DNA from: the human T2T-CHM13v2.0 reference genome, Homo sapiens | DNA length: 64,000 nt | Reading direction: 5' to 3' (one strand) | Assembly: GCF_009914755.1 (NCBI RefSeq) | Contig: NC_060935.1 | Shown here: one piece after another, positions 14,862 to 37,774 of the stretch | How positions within the stretch are numbered: position 1 is the stretch's first letter | How the letters are laid out: every line of letters begins with the position of its first letter | Notes under the pieces: model-generated | Database searches by the model: none | What the model was told of the DNA's origin: nothing | What the model saw: only the letters and a program-made list of their open reading frames with translations | Position numbers and translations under genes: made by a program

Positions 14862-15604
14862 TCAGGCTTTTGTGACAGGAGGGGCAAATGCCTTCTCTTG
14901 GAGAACTCACTCCTGATAGAGCCTAAACCAAAGGTAGACCTTTCCATTATTGTTCCCATGCAGAGACTCCAGGCACATCCCGGGTCGCTTTTGTCTTCCT
15001 TTCTCCCGGTTGCTGCAGCCCAGCAGGTGTTCTGTCTAGTCACTGTCTGCCCACTCTGCTGTTGGCTCCGCCTCCTCAAAGCCAAAAGGAGCAGTCACGA
15101 GGGCCATTGTTGCTAGAAGGGACCCAGATAACTGAAAGCTGTAGCTGTCCAAAGAGAAGCCTGTCTCAAAGTTTTCAGGGATTGTTCTGAAAACTTTGAC
15201 ATGTGCGCACTACATATGTGCTTGGGTCAAGCCCTGGACTGGTGCATTGGAGCTGAGGAAATACTGGCTTAGCCTACTTCAGGAGAAGCCTCTGATGGGC
15301 GGTCCTGCCAGCTTCAGGTCCACATCCACATTGCTGCTCTTTGACCTCCACTGATTCCATGAGCAGTTTGTCTTTGATTTTCTTGGAACTACGTCTACAT
15401 TCTTTTCTAGAACAAAAGCATTCGTGATGTGTAAAGAAATCACGATTCATACTGTACAATCTCAATCTCATAAAACTGGATGTTATACCTATATTCACAG
15501 AGGACCTAGAAACTGTAAACTGCTTGTGATTGTAGGTGACTTTGTTCTTTACTTCTTGTGTTTTTAAGTTTCCTAAAATGCACATATTAACTTAAAAAAT
15601 AAGG

Positions 15605-16242
15605 GTTATGTCACTAATCATTAGAGAAATGTAAACTAAAACCACAATGAGATACCATCTCACACTAGTCAGAATGGCTATTATTAAAAACTCAAAAAAT
15701 AACTCATGCTGGCAAGGTTGTGGAGAAAAGGGAATGCTTATACACTGCTGGTGGGAATGTAAATTAGTTTAGCCACTGTGGGAGGCAGTTTGGTGATTTC
15801 TCAGAGAATTAAAAACAGAACTAACATTAGACCAGCAATTCCATTATTGGGTATATATCCAAAGGAATAATCACTCTACCATAAAGGCACATGCACATAC
15901 GTGTTCATCACAGCACTATTCACAATAGCAAAGACATGAAATCAATCTAAATGCCCATCAACAGTAGACTGGATAAAGAAAATGTGGAACATATACACCA
16001 TGGAATACTATGCAGCCATGAAAAGGAATGAGATAATGTCCTTTGCAGCAACATGGATGGAGCTGGAGGCCATTATTCTAAGTGAACTAATGCAGAACAG
16101 GAAACCAAATACTGCACGTTTTCACTTTAAGTGGGAGCTAAACATTGAGTACACATGGACACAAAGAAGGAAACAACAGACACCAGAGCCCACTTGAGGG
16201 TGAAGGGTGGGAGGAAAGTGAGGATCACAAAACTACCTATCA
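15605..16242 (+). mobile_element. L1 (L1PB/MA-like) 3' fragment
   Basis: ORF2 C-terminal sequence MWNIYTMEYYAAMK followed by 3'UTR. Confidence 0.85.
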
Positions 16243-16580
<338 letters not shown>

Positions 16581-18039
16581 CTATGATTGATTGTGAAGCC
16601 TAGCTCCCAGATTTTGAAGTGGTGACTGGAAAATGCTTTGTCTAAAATGAACATGGGACAAATGACCCTCCTGTGTGAGAGCTCCCTAATAAAGAATCTC
16701 AGAGGTCACCCCCATGAGCAGTACAGGAGTTGAACATGGACTATCATCATTCTAAAGGGTTAATGCTCAGTTAACTAGAGCCCCATCCCAGCAGATCCAA
16801 TAGACAGGTTTTCAATGCACCCAAAACGATGCAAACTGCACTTCCCTGGGCATTGCTGCAGTCAGAGTGTGAGTCATGGGCTGACTGTCTCCACGTTAGG
16901 CTGAGTTGGGGGGTTTGAGTGACAGAAACTAAGAAGGTCATAGCCAGAGGAGCCGTAAGAGGCCATCCAGTCCAGCTGCCCTTTCTCCTCCCCATTCCTT
17001 CTTTCACTGCTTTGCTGACACCCCAGCGGAGAGGTGGTCCAAGGCTTTTCACTGCCAGGACTATCCAAGGGTCATATCAGGCTTGAGTCACCAGCAAAGC
17101 AGGGTCACCAAAAATACTTCCTGAGAGAATGTAACATTTGATATTTCAAAACATCATTCAAATAGTCCATCATAGGAAATATCAGAATTTGGCTGGACTG
17201 TCTCAACACTTATTTTATAGGTTAGGGTTCTTATTTTATTTTGAATTATATACTACATCTAAGTAATACAGCCCTGTGCTTAGGGCCAAAAGACATTTTC
17301 CCAGGGCACAGAACTTGCCCAAGCAGATCTTTCCTGTTGGGTTTTTACAGTGCTGGTGGGGAAGAGGGGTCAGAAAAACCAACCACCTGAATGTCCATCC
17401 TGCACTTTCTGTACGTCATCTCTCCCCATCAGACAGCTCTGCCAGGAAGTGCTTATGCCCCTTCAACTAATGAAGAAAACTGAGGTCAGAGAAGGCCAGG
17501 CCCTCCTTCAAGGTCACAGTTGGTGAGTGAGAGCAGAGGCTACTCCTGGAGCCTGGCAACCCACAGTCCTGCCTCCTGGGCCAGCTCTAACACTCTTGCT
17601 GTGACTGTGGGTCTCTGAGTCTTGATTTTCTCATCTGTACAGTGAGGGGTTTGAGGAAATCATCTCTGAGATGTTTCCAAATCAATGAGCTATTTTCTGA
17701 GTGTCCCTCTGCGTTTTGCAGAGTGGGGGTTCAGAGACAGATGTCACATGACCCACACCCCTAAGGGTGAGGGCTCTCGCACTGAGGGAGCACTGCAGCA
17801 GAGCCAGGTTCTTGACCTTCATTATGTCATGTGCACCTTAGTGGTTACGTGTGCAGACTCGGGAGTCAACCCCTGCTCCTAACTCCAGCTGTGTGACATT
17901 GAGCAAGTCACATTCACCTCTCTGAGCCTTTTGGCCCTGATCTGTGACCTCATGGGATTTTCTTTATGTAGAGAATGCTTAGGTATGCTTACAAAGAGCC
18001 TGGAAAATGAAAGAGCTCAAAGTTTTCTAGTGTTTCCAG

Positions 18040-18680
18040 TGGTTCCTGCTGTCATCAGCCTTTTCTCCCTGTGGGAAGGCCTTGGCCAAGAAGATTTGAA
18101 TCCCATCTGTGAGTGCATCCATTGCCCAGACTTGCCAGGATATCTGGCCAAAGGCCTCACAGCCCAGGCATGCACCTGGATCCTGGGCACCTGCCTATGT
18201 GCACACCCCATCTGTCTTTCTGGATTCCTGGCCCACGCTCCACATTCCCCCATCTCTCTACCCCTGTCTTCCTATCCTAGTCTTTGCTGAACTCTGGGCA
18301 CTTTACCCCCAGTTCACTCATCTGCCAAGCCCGTCCCCTTTGTGTCTCCAAATCTGGCCCCAGAGGGAAGAGCCAGGTAGGTGTTGAGCTGTGTCCCATT
18401 AAACCCTCTGGCCCTTCCCTTCAGCTAGGCCTGCTGGAGCCTCTCCCTCAAGATGGTGCTCCTTTGGGCACTGTGCCCCCAGGCACCCAGGACTAACTTT
18501 TTGGGCCCTTGTGGAGCAGATGTTGGGAGGAGACTTGCCCCTGGAATTTGCCAATAATGAGAAAAACATCATTAACAGCCCTCATGGGTTCCAGAACTTT
18601 ACAACCAATGGGGCAGCTTTTAACTACCTTATTCCATCTGGTCCTCAGAAGAGCCAGGGGAGATAGACAGCCAAGAGGAG
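18040..18680 (-). promoter_or_regulatory. Candidate OR promoter module, copy 2 (no coding exon found)
   Basis: Shares GGGAAGAGCCAGGTAG, ttaaaccctc, ggcctgctgg and TAATGA..TCATTA..CCCTCATGGG with copy 1 at identical spacing. Confidence 0.55.
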
Positions 18681-19704
18681 AAAACTGAGGCCCAGAGAGG
18701 TGAAATGATGTACCAATACTAACACAGATGTATCATATTAGGGCTGCAATTCAGACCCAGGGATTCATTCCCAGGCCTGTGCGCTATCGTATTCCATAGA
18801 GATTAAGGGCACAGCGTCCAGAATTAGAAAGCCCTGGGTTTGAATATCAGTTATAATACATTTTAGCTATGTCACCTTAGGTAAGTTAGCCTCTCTGAGT
18901 CTGAGTTTTCCTTCTGTAAAATGGGGAGGACCTTCTGGGGCAAGTCTTATGTGCTAGAAAACAGTGTCTTTTTGTCCATATGCACCACATTGCGTTACTT
19001 AGGATCCATTACATAATTTCAAATAAAACAAGAACCCTACTCTGTAAAATAAGTGTAAGAGAGTCCAGCCAAATTCTGGTATTTCCTGTGATGGACTAAT
19101 TGAAAGGTGCTTTGAAATATCAAAGGTCAAATTATCTTAAGAAGTATTTTTGATGCCCCTGATTTGCTGGTTACCCATGCATGTGCCTGGCCAAGTCATC
19201 CTCTCCACTTGGTTGTTTCATGCCTCCTTTGCTGTGGATGCTCTGAGAATTGAGATTTCTCCAAAGTTCTAACACTTCTGTGATTAAGCCCTTTGCTTAG
19301 TCTTCAGCTCGTCTGCCCTCTGCAGAGAATGCTGTCAAGGAGAGCCTCTGACTCTCACACTTTGCACTGGGGATTAATACATCTGAGTCTGTTGTTTTCT
19401 CTCTACCCTTCAATACATCATTGTCCTTTTAGCAACATCCTCCAATCCCACAGTTCTTAAGGTTTTTACTTCTGCCACACCTCTAAAACACTAGAGATGA
19501 TGCACAAGCTTTTGCAGCTGCTTTATCTAGGTCCCAGCCAGCTTGCAGCAGGTAAAAGTCTTAGCAATCACATTCCTGTAGCATAGGCCGCAATCTCTTG
19601 TTTACCATCAGTGACAGGGCCCTCATTGCCATTCAGATAGTGAGCGATCCACTTACAGAATCTCATCCTCAGAATCTGTCTTCAAGAACTACTCCTGGCA
19701 CCAA

Positions 19705-20110
19705 CTTTCTTGGGCTCGGCTTCCCAGAAGCAGAGCCAGAGAAAGGGATTCTTGTGCAAGTGATTTATTGAGGGAGTATTCTCAGATGAGACCTGTAAGG
19801 GAGTGAGGGAGGTGGGATAGTGCAGGAGAAGTTAGGCAAATATGAGTTTCAACTGAAATTGAACCTCATTCCACAGGTGCTCTGGAGTGTGAAAGGCACT
19901 ATAGCATTGTTCTACCTTGGAGTGGAGGGATACCTTTTATATCCCCTCATCAGTTAGTCATCACTATAGGTTATCCCTGGGGAAAAGGTGTAAACTACAA
20001 GACATTTTTCCTGGCAGGAAAAATTAGTTGAAGGCAACTCTCTAGAGAATAACATAGCTGTGAGCTGTTAGCAGCTAATATTCATAGCAGATACATGGAT
20101 TACCAACAGT
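19705..20110 (-). mobile_element. Old MLT1-type MaLR LTR
   Basis: ttcccagaagcagagc...tgcaagtgatttattgagggag pattern typical of older MLT1 elements. Confidence 0.5.
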
Positions 20111-21112
20111 GACTTCTACATATGGTATTTACCCTTCTGTGTCTGGTTTTTTTTTCAGTATTGTGTTTATAATATTGTTGAGTTTGTTTTATAATGTATA
20201 GTATACATTATAAAATGGTGCGAATATACAATCTATTTAGCCATTATATTATTAATGAACATTTAGCTGGATATAAAACTGTAAATTAAAGTTATTTTTC
20301 TTCAGTACTTTAAAATTATTGCTTCTATGTGTTTTTGTATCCAGTGCTCCTATTAGGAAATCTGGTATCAATCTGAATCTTATTTCTTTGTAGATGATCT
20401 GCTTTTTCTTTCTGGAAGTGTTCAGAGTTTTTAAAAATTTGTCAGTAATTGATCCAGAAGAGATGTTCATAGTGATGAACTTCAAAAAAAAACTTTAAAA
20501 ACAGAAAAGATAAAATTAAGCAATGTAGACTTCTGCTTTCATGAAGATGGAGTAGATGTACTTTTCTCTGTTCCTCCTGCTAAGTACAACCTAAAATCCT
20601 GAATATTATGTATAAATCAAACAAAAGAAGACTATGAAAGGGAGAAAGAAGAAGGCAGAATGGCTTAGGACCTTGGGACACAAAGAACAGCATGGTACTG
20701 GGTTCCAGGAATTTTCCTTTTGCTTCATAAATCTCAGACTTAGAGCTGAAGAAGCTAGCAACCTGGAAATGTCAACAGGTTCAAACAAACAAAAAAAAGC
20801 CAATGAAAGGGTAGTCTGTTTAACCCCAAAAGGCCAGAACAGGGGCAATTAGCGAGACAGGAAACTTTTAGTAAACAACTTTTGTATACTTGCCAAATAC
20901 CACAGAGAAAACTGTGGCTCAACTTCCACCTCCACCAGCAAAAGCCAAATGGGGAGCCTAAACTTCCACCAGTTCCAGGCTGATATTAGGTACTTCAAGC
21001 TCCCCTACAGCCCCTTCACCATTGTGTCAGAGAATTATCTGATGAAGATTTTAAGGCAGTCATTATAAAAATGCCTCAATGAGCAATAACAAAGGCACTG
21101 GAAACAAATTAA

Positions 21113-21634
<522 letters not shown>

Positions 21635-22377
21635 TAGCAAAAGATCTAGTGTCATTGAAGTTACAGAAGAATAGGAGAAATAGGTAGAACTGAAAAAAAA
21701 ACCTACATAAATCATGGCTAAAGACTTCCCGAGTTGGGTAAAGAACATAAACCTACAGCTTTAAGAAACTAAGTGAACCCCAAATAGAGAACCCCAAGGA
21801 AATCCACCCTAACACACATCATAGTCAAACTTCAGAAAACTAAAGACAAAGAAGAAATCTTGAAAGCGCATGAGGGAAATGACACCTTAGCTGTAGGGAA
21901 AAAACAATTTAAATGACAGTAGGTTTATCATCAGAAACTATGGGGGCCAGAAAGAAGTGGAACATTTTTGAAGTTCTGAAAGAAAAGAACTGTATAACCA
22001 AGAGTCCTTTAGCCAGCAAGAACATTCTTTGGTAATATAGAAGAAGTTAAGATATTCTCAGAAGAGAGAAAACTAAGAGAATTTGTTACCTGAAGACCTA
22101 TTCTAAAAGAATGGCTAAAGAAAATTCTCTAAGCAGAAAGGAAATGATAAAAGAAGGGCTCTTGGGACATCAGGAAGGAAGAAAGAAAAATGAAAATAGT
22201 AAAGATATTGGTAGATAGATTTTTCTTTTCCTCTTGAGCTTTCCAAGTTATGTTTGACAATAGAAGCAAAAATTATAAACACCGCTGATATGGTCTTAAG
22301 TGTATATAGAGGAAAGATTTAGGACGATTATATTATAAAAGAAGGAGTGTAAAGGAAAGGAAATTTAGGTAAGATTT

Positions 22378-23301
22378 TGTGAGACAAAGTAACAAACATA
22401 AGAAGCCACGTTTGCCCATTTCTGCTTGCCTGCATAATTTCACAAAGCCCTGACTCTATGACAAGTGCAGCTCTCCAGAGAGATGCTTTGAAAACAAAAC
22501 GGGATAGAGCACATGGCCCCTCATGTCTCTTGCCTGAGTGACTACATTCCTTAAAAGACAAATGACTGCAGTAGTCTGTTTTCATGCTGCTATGAAGAAA
22601 TACCCAAGACTGGGTAATTTATAAAAGAAAAGATGTTTAATTGACTCACAGTTCCCTGTGGCTGGGAAGGCCTTAGGATACTTACAATCATGGCAGAAGG
22701 CAAAGGGGAAGACAGGCACATTCCTCACAGGGCAGCAGGAAGGAGAAGTGCCAAACAAAGTGGGAAAAGCCCCTTATTAAACCATCAGATCTCGTGAGCA
22801 CTCACTCACTATCACAATAACAGCATGGGGGTAACTGCCCCCATGATTCAATTACCCCCCACTGGGTCCCTCCCACAACATATGGGGAATATGGGAACTA
22901 CAATTCAAGATGAGATTTCAGTGGGGACAGAGCCAAACCATATCAATGACTTTAGTCCTTGCCTTTTCCTACACATAAGATAACATCTGACAGGGTTAGT
23001 GATTATGTGTCTATAATCTATAACCAGATGTACTTTGGTAATCTATAACCAGATGTACTCTTGCCCCCAAACTTTGATGTGATTTTACATGTACTGAATC
23101 CCCTACTTTCTGTAGGGGATCAGAAGCACACTCTTCTGTAGTGTAGATTAGAGCACACTCTGAGCTAAAACACTTTCAGACCAGCCTAACAGAATCTCTC
23201 TGAACAACTCCTCTCAGGCTGTAGTCCTCATTCTACAGTCCTCAGTAAGAGTTCTGAATAAAACTAACTTTAAAGGCTTGATTTTTTTTCTTTAGTCAAC
23301 A
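22378..23301 (+). mobile_element. ERV1-class solo LTR (subfamily uncertain) inside an old L1
   Basis: TG...CA ends, AATAAA near the 3' end, 4-bp TSD attt/gttt; L1 sequence resumes afterwards. Confidence 0.65.
22567..22945 (-). mobile_element. THE1 (C-like) solo LTR nested in the ERV1 LTR
   Basis: Minus strand begins TGATATGGTTTGGCTCTGT; 5-bp TSD ATGAC at 22562-22566 and 22946-22950. Confidence 0.88.
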
Positions 23302-23752
23302 GTTTCTCTACTTCACTCAAAGTGATAAAATGTCAACAGCAATAAATTGTGATAAGTTATATATATATATATATATAATGTAATACTTGGAGCTACCATT
23401 AAAAATGCTACATGCAGAGATAACACTCAAAAACATTATAGATAAATCAAAATGGAATGCTTAGAAAATGTTCAGGTAACTCACAGGGAGACAGGATAAA
23501 GAACACAAAGAATTGAAAAAAAGAATAAACAGAAAGCAAAACATAAAATGGCAGACTTAAGGCCTACCATATCAACAATTACATTAAATGTGAATAGTCT
23601 AAATAGACCAATTAAAAGACACAGATTGGCAGAGTGGATTTTTTTAAATGACCTAACTATATGCTGCCTACAAGAAACCCACTTCAACTATGATAATAAT
23701 GTTGGTTGAAAGTGAAAGGATAGAGAAAGATGTATAATACAAACATTAACTA

Positions 23753-24100
<348 letters not shown>

Positions 24101-24441
24101 AGAGTGGCTATACCAACATAGATAAAGTAGACTTCAGAGCAAAGAAATAATCAGAGACAGAGAGGGAAATTACATAGTGATAAAAGGGCCAATCTACTAA
24201 GAACACAAAGCAATCCTAAATGTGTATGCACAAAACAACAGAACTGCAAAAACTGATAAAACTGAAAGGAAAGGACAGATCCATAATTATAGTTACGTAC
24301 TTCAACACTCTTGTCTCAGCAATTGATAGGACAACTAGACAGAAAATGAGTACAAATATAGAACTCCACATCACCGAAAGGGTCAACTGTGACATTTACA
24401 GAATGCTCCACTCAACAAGAAAAGAGTACACATTTTTTTCA

Positions 24442-24744
<303 letters not shown>

Positions 24745-25041
24745 TTAAGTGCCCACAGAACGTATATGAAGATAAGCCATAACATGAGCCATAGAACAAA
24801 TCTCAACAAATATAAAAGAATTGCAGTCATACAGAATATGTTCTCTGACCACGACGGAATTAAACTAAAAATCAATAACAGAAACGTAACAAGAGAGCCT
24901 TCAAACACTGAAAATTAAACAACATATTCCTAAATAATTCATGGGTCAAAGAGAAAATCCCAAGGGAAATCTTAAAAAAAAAAATAATTTAAACCTGGTT
25001 TCAATACACTGTACCAAGGGTAATTTAAAAATACATTGAAC

Positions 25042-25264
25042 TGGCTGGGTGCAGTGGCTCATGCCTGTAATCCCAGCACTTTGGGAGGCCAAGGGGGTGA
25101 ATCACTTGATCCCAGGAGCTCAAGACCAGCCTGGGCAACATGGCAAAACCCCATCTCTACAAAAAATACAAAAATTAGCCAGACTGAGGTGGTAAGATTA
25201 CTTAAGCCTGGGAGGTGGAGGTTGCAATGAGTTGAGATCGCACCACTGTATTCCAGCCTGGGCT
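25042..25264 (+). mobile_element. Alu with internal deletion and missing 3' end
   Basis: Alu consensus ends at ccagcctgggc with no tail. Confidence 0.85.
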
Positions 25265-26570
25265 TGAAAGATATTTTCACTGGGCTAGAATTCTGGCAGT
25301 TATTATTTTTTCAGCATTTTATAATTATTTCTGGAAGAAATAATTCCAAAGGCTCTGGCTTCCATTGTCACTATTGAGCAGTCTTTTTTTATCTGGCTAC
25401 TTCTAAGTTTTCTCTTAGTTTTGTTTGTTTGTTTTCTACTACGTCATTATTATGTACCTAGGTAATATATTTCTTTTTATTTATCTTGCTTGGGTTTTCT
25501 TTTTTGAGCTCCTTAAATCTGTTGTTTGGTGTCTTTATACTTATGAACATTCTTAGCCATTTGCTCTTCAAATAATATCTCTACCCATTTGTGATGGTTA
25601 ATATTAGGCGTTAACCTGATTGGATTGAAGGATGCCTAAATAGCTGGTAAGTATTGTTCCTGGGTGTGTCTGTGAGGGTGTTGCCAGAGGAGATTGACAT
25701 TTGAGTCAGTGGACTGGGAGAGGAAGACCCACCCTCAATGTGGGTGGGCACCATCCAATGGGCTACCAACTGGCTAGAACAAAGCAGGCAGAAGGTGGGT
25801 GGGATAAGCTGGTTTCCTGAGTCTTCCGGCTTTCATCTTTCTCCTATGCTGGATGTTTCCTCCTGTTCCTTCTTCCCTTGGACATCAGATGCCAAGTTCT
25901 TCAGCCTTTGGATTCTTGGACTTACACCAATGGTTTGGTGGGGGTTCTCGGGCCTTTGGCCACAGACTGAAGGCTGCACTGTCGGCTTCCCTGTTTTTGA
26001 GGCTTTTGGACTCAGGCTGAGCCACTGCTGGCTTCTTTCTCCCTCAGCTTGCAGATGGCCTATCATGGGACTTCACCCTGTGATCATGTGAGTCAATACT
26101 CCTTAATAAACTCCCCTTCATATGTACATATATCCTATTAGTTCTGTCCCTCTGGAGAACCCTAATACACCACTTATTTCTCTCTTTCTGGGAATAGGAT
26201 TAACATATATCAGACCTTTTTACTTGAGTCTTAGGTTCATACTCTCTCTTTTGTGCTTTTTATAGTTTTTGTCTTTCCAAGCTTCATTTTGACCTGTCTT
26301 CCAGTTCACTAACTCTTTTTTCAATTGTATCAAACTTACTATTAAAGTTGTTCATTGAGTTTTGAGTCTCAGCTGTTTTATTAGTTATTTCTAAAAGTTC
26401 TATTTCATTCTTTTTTCAAAAGTTTTAGGTCACTTTTTATATTTTCTTGTTTTATTCAAATATTTTTAATCATCTTTTATCTATTTAAACATAATAAGAA
26501 TAGTTTTGTATGTGACTGTTTATTCCAATACTCATTTATGTTTTTCTGCCTAGTCTCACTCTGGTGCTTT
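25265..26570 (-). mobile_element. Old L1M ORF1-region fragment interrupted by MLT2A
   Basis: T-rich antisense L1-like sequence. Confidence 0.55.
25590..26169 (+). mobile_element. MLT2A (HERV-L) solo LTR
   Basis: Runs from TGTGATGGTTAAT to ttctgtccctctggagaaccctaataca; TSD ccatt/ccact. Confidence 0.85.
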
Positions 26571-26589
26571 TATTTATTTCCTTGTGGGC

Positions 26590-26912
26590 CTGGTGGATCC
26601 TTTGAGCCCAGTAGTTTGAGACCAGCCTGGACAACATGGTGAAACCCTGTCTCTACAAAAAAATAAATAAATAAGCTGGGCATGGTGACATGCACCTGTA
26701 GTCCCAGGTGTTCCTCAAGAAGCTGGAGTGGCAGGATCTCTTGAACCCAGGAAGGTGGAGGTTGCAGTGAGTCAAGATCACAGCACTGCACTCCAGCCTG
26801 GGCAAGAGAGGGACACCCTGAAAAAAAAACGAAAGGTAGAAAGAAAGAAAAAGAGAGAAAGAAAGAAGGAAGGAAGGAAGGAAGGAAGGAAGGAAGGAAG
26901 GAAGGAAGGAAA

Positions 26913-26969
<57 letters not shown>

Positions 26970-26986
26970 AGAAAGAGAGAAAGAAA

Positions 26987-27039
<53 letters not shown>

Positions 27040-27080
27040 GAAAGAAAGAAAAGGAAAGAAGGAAAGAAGAAAGAAAGAAG
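26590..27080 (+). repeat. Partial Alu with expanded (GGAA)n/(GAAA)n tail
   Basis: About 245-bp polypurine tract at 26835-27080. Confidence 0.9.
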
Positions 27081-27780
27081 AAAAATAATTTAAATCTAGG
27101 GATGAATCAAATTTCTTCTAGCAGAAAAATAATTTAAATCTAGGGATGAATCAAATTTCTTCTAGGAGGATTTATGTTTGTTTTTATCAGGCACTTGAGG
27201 ACACTCCAGGACCACCTTAAGCAAAGGTAAGTTATGAGGTTCCTTAGACTACCCAGGAGATATGATCCGGGGATCCAGATCTTCAGAAGGTCTATCATAA
27301 TTCTGGCTCACTGATTAAAGGATGTAGCCCATTGAAGTTCAAGGTTATTGTGGTGAAGTAACTCTTCATTAAATTCTCCACCTTAAGCATCTTTGGTCTT
27401 TTATTTCTGTCCCCTCCCACTTCCCCATCCCATGAGGCAAACAAGTAAAAATCTGAATTTTCAAGGTTAGAAATGTTTGTTACTTTGTCTCACAAAATTC
27501 CCTCGGAGAAAATTCCGCTTCTTTTCTTTGCCTGTCTGTATTCCTTCCAATTTTGGCCTCGTTGTTCCATAGTATCTTATCAACTCTATAATGTAACTTT
27601 TAAATTTAAATATGCAATCTAGAATTTTTCATTCTTTTCACTGGGAAGTTTAATCTGAATAACCTAATCCACCAGAACCCACCACTGAACAATTTCAAAA
27701 GAATAAAAAACTCAAGGATCAAACTGAGTTAGTTTACTTTTTACAGGCTTAAGTGAAGTACATTTAAAAGGCAGGGAGGG

Positions 27781-28100
27781 GGCCGGGTTGGGTGGCTCAC
27801 TCCTGTAATTCCAGCACTTTGGAAGGCCAAGGCAGGCGGATCGCCCAAGGTCAGGAGTTCGAGACCAGCCTGGCCAACACAGTAAAACCCTGTCTCTACT
27901 AAAAATACAAAATTAGCTGGGCATGGTGGTGTGTGCCTGTAATCCCAGCTACTCAGGAGGCTGAGGCAGGAGAATCACTTGAACCCAAGAGACAGAGGTT
28001 GCAGTGAGCTGAGATTGTACCATTGCATGATCTCAGCTTGGAGAATGAAAATCCGTCTCAAATAAAAAAAAAAAGAAAAAAGAAAAGAAAAGAAAAAAAA
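27781..28100 (+). mobile_element. AluS
   Basis: Alu consensus. Confidence 0.9.
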
Positions 28101-28831
28101 GAGGCAGGGAGTACAGCTAGAAGTAGATAAGAAAGTATATAGCTGTCATGCAAACCTACAACTATATGATTGCTAATGCCCAAATTAGAAATTCATCACA
28201 TGCATTGTAAAAACTGCAGCTTAATCAAATACTGCAAATACCCAAATACAGTCTGTTTTATGGTCAGTGTAGCTCTGATTCACAAAGAGTGAGACTGTGG
28301 CAACTGGATGAGGATATATGGGAAGAGCCAGAGGAGCTGAGGATGCTTGACTCTCCAGCCTCCTCTGAAACACATCCTACCCTATCCTTCACACTTTCAC
28401 ACTTGATAAAGGTGGCAGAGCCTTTAATTATGAAGCCAGCCCAATGTTTAATGTTGAAATCCCAGAGTTTGCAGTGGAAGTGGCAATATGCAATGACAGA
28501 TTAGGAAAGACAGGGATCTGCTCCCCCATTATCTTGTTCCCCTACCCACATTAGTCTATTCTGCATCAGGGCCTGAGGCTCAGTCATTAAGGAAAGGATA
28601 ACAGGTATGGAAGGAGCAAGGGTTTAGTTAAGGGGGTTGACACTAAGTAAAAGTAATCTTGGGGGTTCTCCACTGTAGACCAAGAACAGCTCTGAAAAAT
28701 CAGCATTATTCCTGATAGTCCAACTGTCCCCTCTACCAAATTATACTTCTAGATATGGGCAATGCAAATTATATGTTAGCCTTTTTAGATTATGGTTTTA
28801 AGGACTTGAAGGTTCAAAATATGACCTTTTC

Positions 28832-35005
<6,174 letters not shown>

Positions 35006-36564
35006 GACCTTTTCTAGACTGGTAACTACTTGAAAACCCTAATGGCTAGTACAATCATCATATTATCTCAGCTCAGTGAAGTCTTGACTCCTAGGTTTGG
35101 TAGCCCAAGACCAAGGCGGCTGGTTCATTTTCAGCTAATCCAGTGACATTTCAAATCAGACAGGCTGTGTGGTTTTGGAATCAAGTATATTCAGTGACTA
35201 GTTGTCAAGTTAACTGTTGAGGGTCATTAAGGGGGCCCAGTTACCATACCTCTTTTCCCCACTTCAGTTCTGAATGAATTGTGGGTCTGAACAAAAGCAG
35301 AGGGCATGTAATATCACTAGGTTGAAGGACATGGCATATATCCAAGAGCATGGGACTTCTTAAAACGAAACTCCAAAATTAGAGAGATTCCTGCCCAGCC
35401 CTAGGCATGGTAGAACCACCCCAAATATCCCTGCATGAGAAAAAGCCTCTATAAAATGCCCAAATGGAGGAGCAGAGGAGCATGTAAGGAAGGAGGCGAG
35501 AGAGAAGAGAGAAGTTATGCTAAGCATATTCAGATTAGTCTTCCCAAGCAGACTTTAAGTCATCCTAAATGTCCCAGGATACAGTGGCCAATAGGACAAG
35601 AAAAGGTCAAAAGCATTCCATGAACTGAATTCCCTCCACATGGAAGAAACGTCAGGAAGAATCATTTCCTCAGTGCTGGCCATTTCTTTTTGAGCTATTC
35701 AGTACTTGTATACAGGGGATGCAGTAACTTGTTGGTTGACTAATGAGTTTTTTATTTTAGCTGTTCTCAGTGCTATTGAGGAATCAACTGAATTATTTCA
35801 GGTACTTGTTGCTACGATAGGAGAGACAATATCACTATCTGGGTAAAAGAAGGGTTTTACATTTCAAAACATCTCTTCTTGGGAGCATTGTTGACATATG
35901 GACAGATTTAATTGTACATAGATAAGGCATACATAACAAATGTTCCATTTTGTTCCTCAACCCATTCTTTCTGTTTTGGGAGGAAAAGCTAACCTTGCAA
36001 CTGGCTGTGTTTCGTATTGGGAAACTGACATGTGTAACTGCCTAATGGCCAAGTATTTTGGGGGGGTTTCAATGAGTACTTCTTGGTCATAGTAAAGAAT
36101 ATGGCAAAGGAAGTTTGGCAATCTTATCAAGCAAGACAGAGAGACAATTCTGAAGTCTGAGACAGTCTGTCATTAAACCTAAGATTACAGTTTTGCCCAA
36201 GTTTACTCCTAGTCATTGTAATATTCCGGGAGGACTACTGTTTTATAGGGCAAGAGATCTGTGTTTGAGTCTTGGCTCTGGCATTGACTTGCTATGTGAC
36301 ATTGGGAAAGTGTTATGAGCCTCAGTTTTCATAACTGTAAAATGGGAAATGTAAAACCAGATGATCTGTTTTTTCCAGCCTTGATATTCTGGGACTCCTC
36401 ATTCTAACCAAAAGGTTTTCAGATGTCTCCCAGTGACGATGGGAGTGAAAGCCATTCTTCTCCCTGTGAAACACTATGATATGGCCAACACTTCACCCTG
36501 TCATTCTCATGAGGCATAAGCTCCCTTGTACAGGATCTTATTGTGCATGGACCATATAAAATTA

Positions 36565-37405
<841 letters not shown>

Positions 37406-37774
37406 TAATATATATTTGGTATTTATTTATTCCTCATCTCCACCACTAACATGTTATATAGCATATCCTAACAGATGTAATTCTGGCTAAGAGAGTGTTC
37501 TGGAAGGAAATGAAGAGACTGGTTATTTGGTCTGTCCTACCATGGGCATCAAACTATTAAGAGTGACAGTCAGATGTTTCCACTTAATGCAGAAATCTGT
37601 TTATGATACCGGGGTTAATTCCTTAACGGGTATATTAAAAAGCTAATTTGAAGTTTAGCTTGGGAATAATTGAACCCATACTCTGAACTGAGAATTATAT
37701 GTAGTTTATTATACTATTGACATAAACATAAAACCATACCACAAAACCTAAAGGAAATACTAATTGCAATTTAC

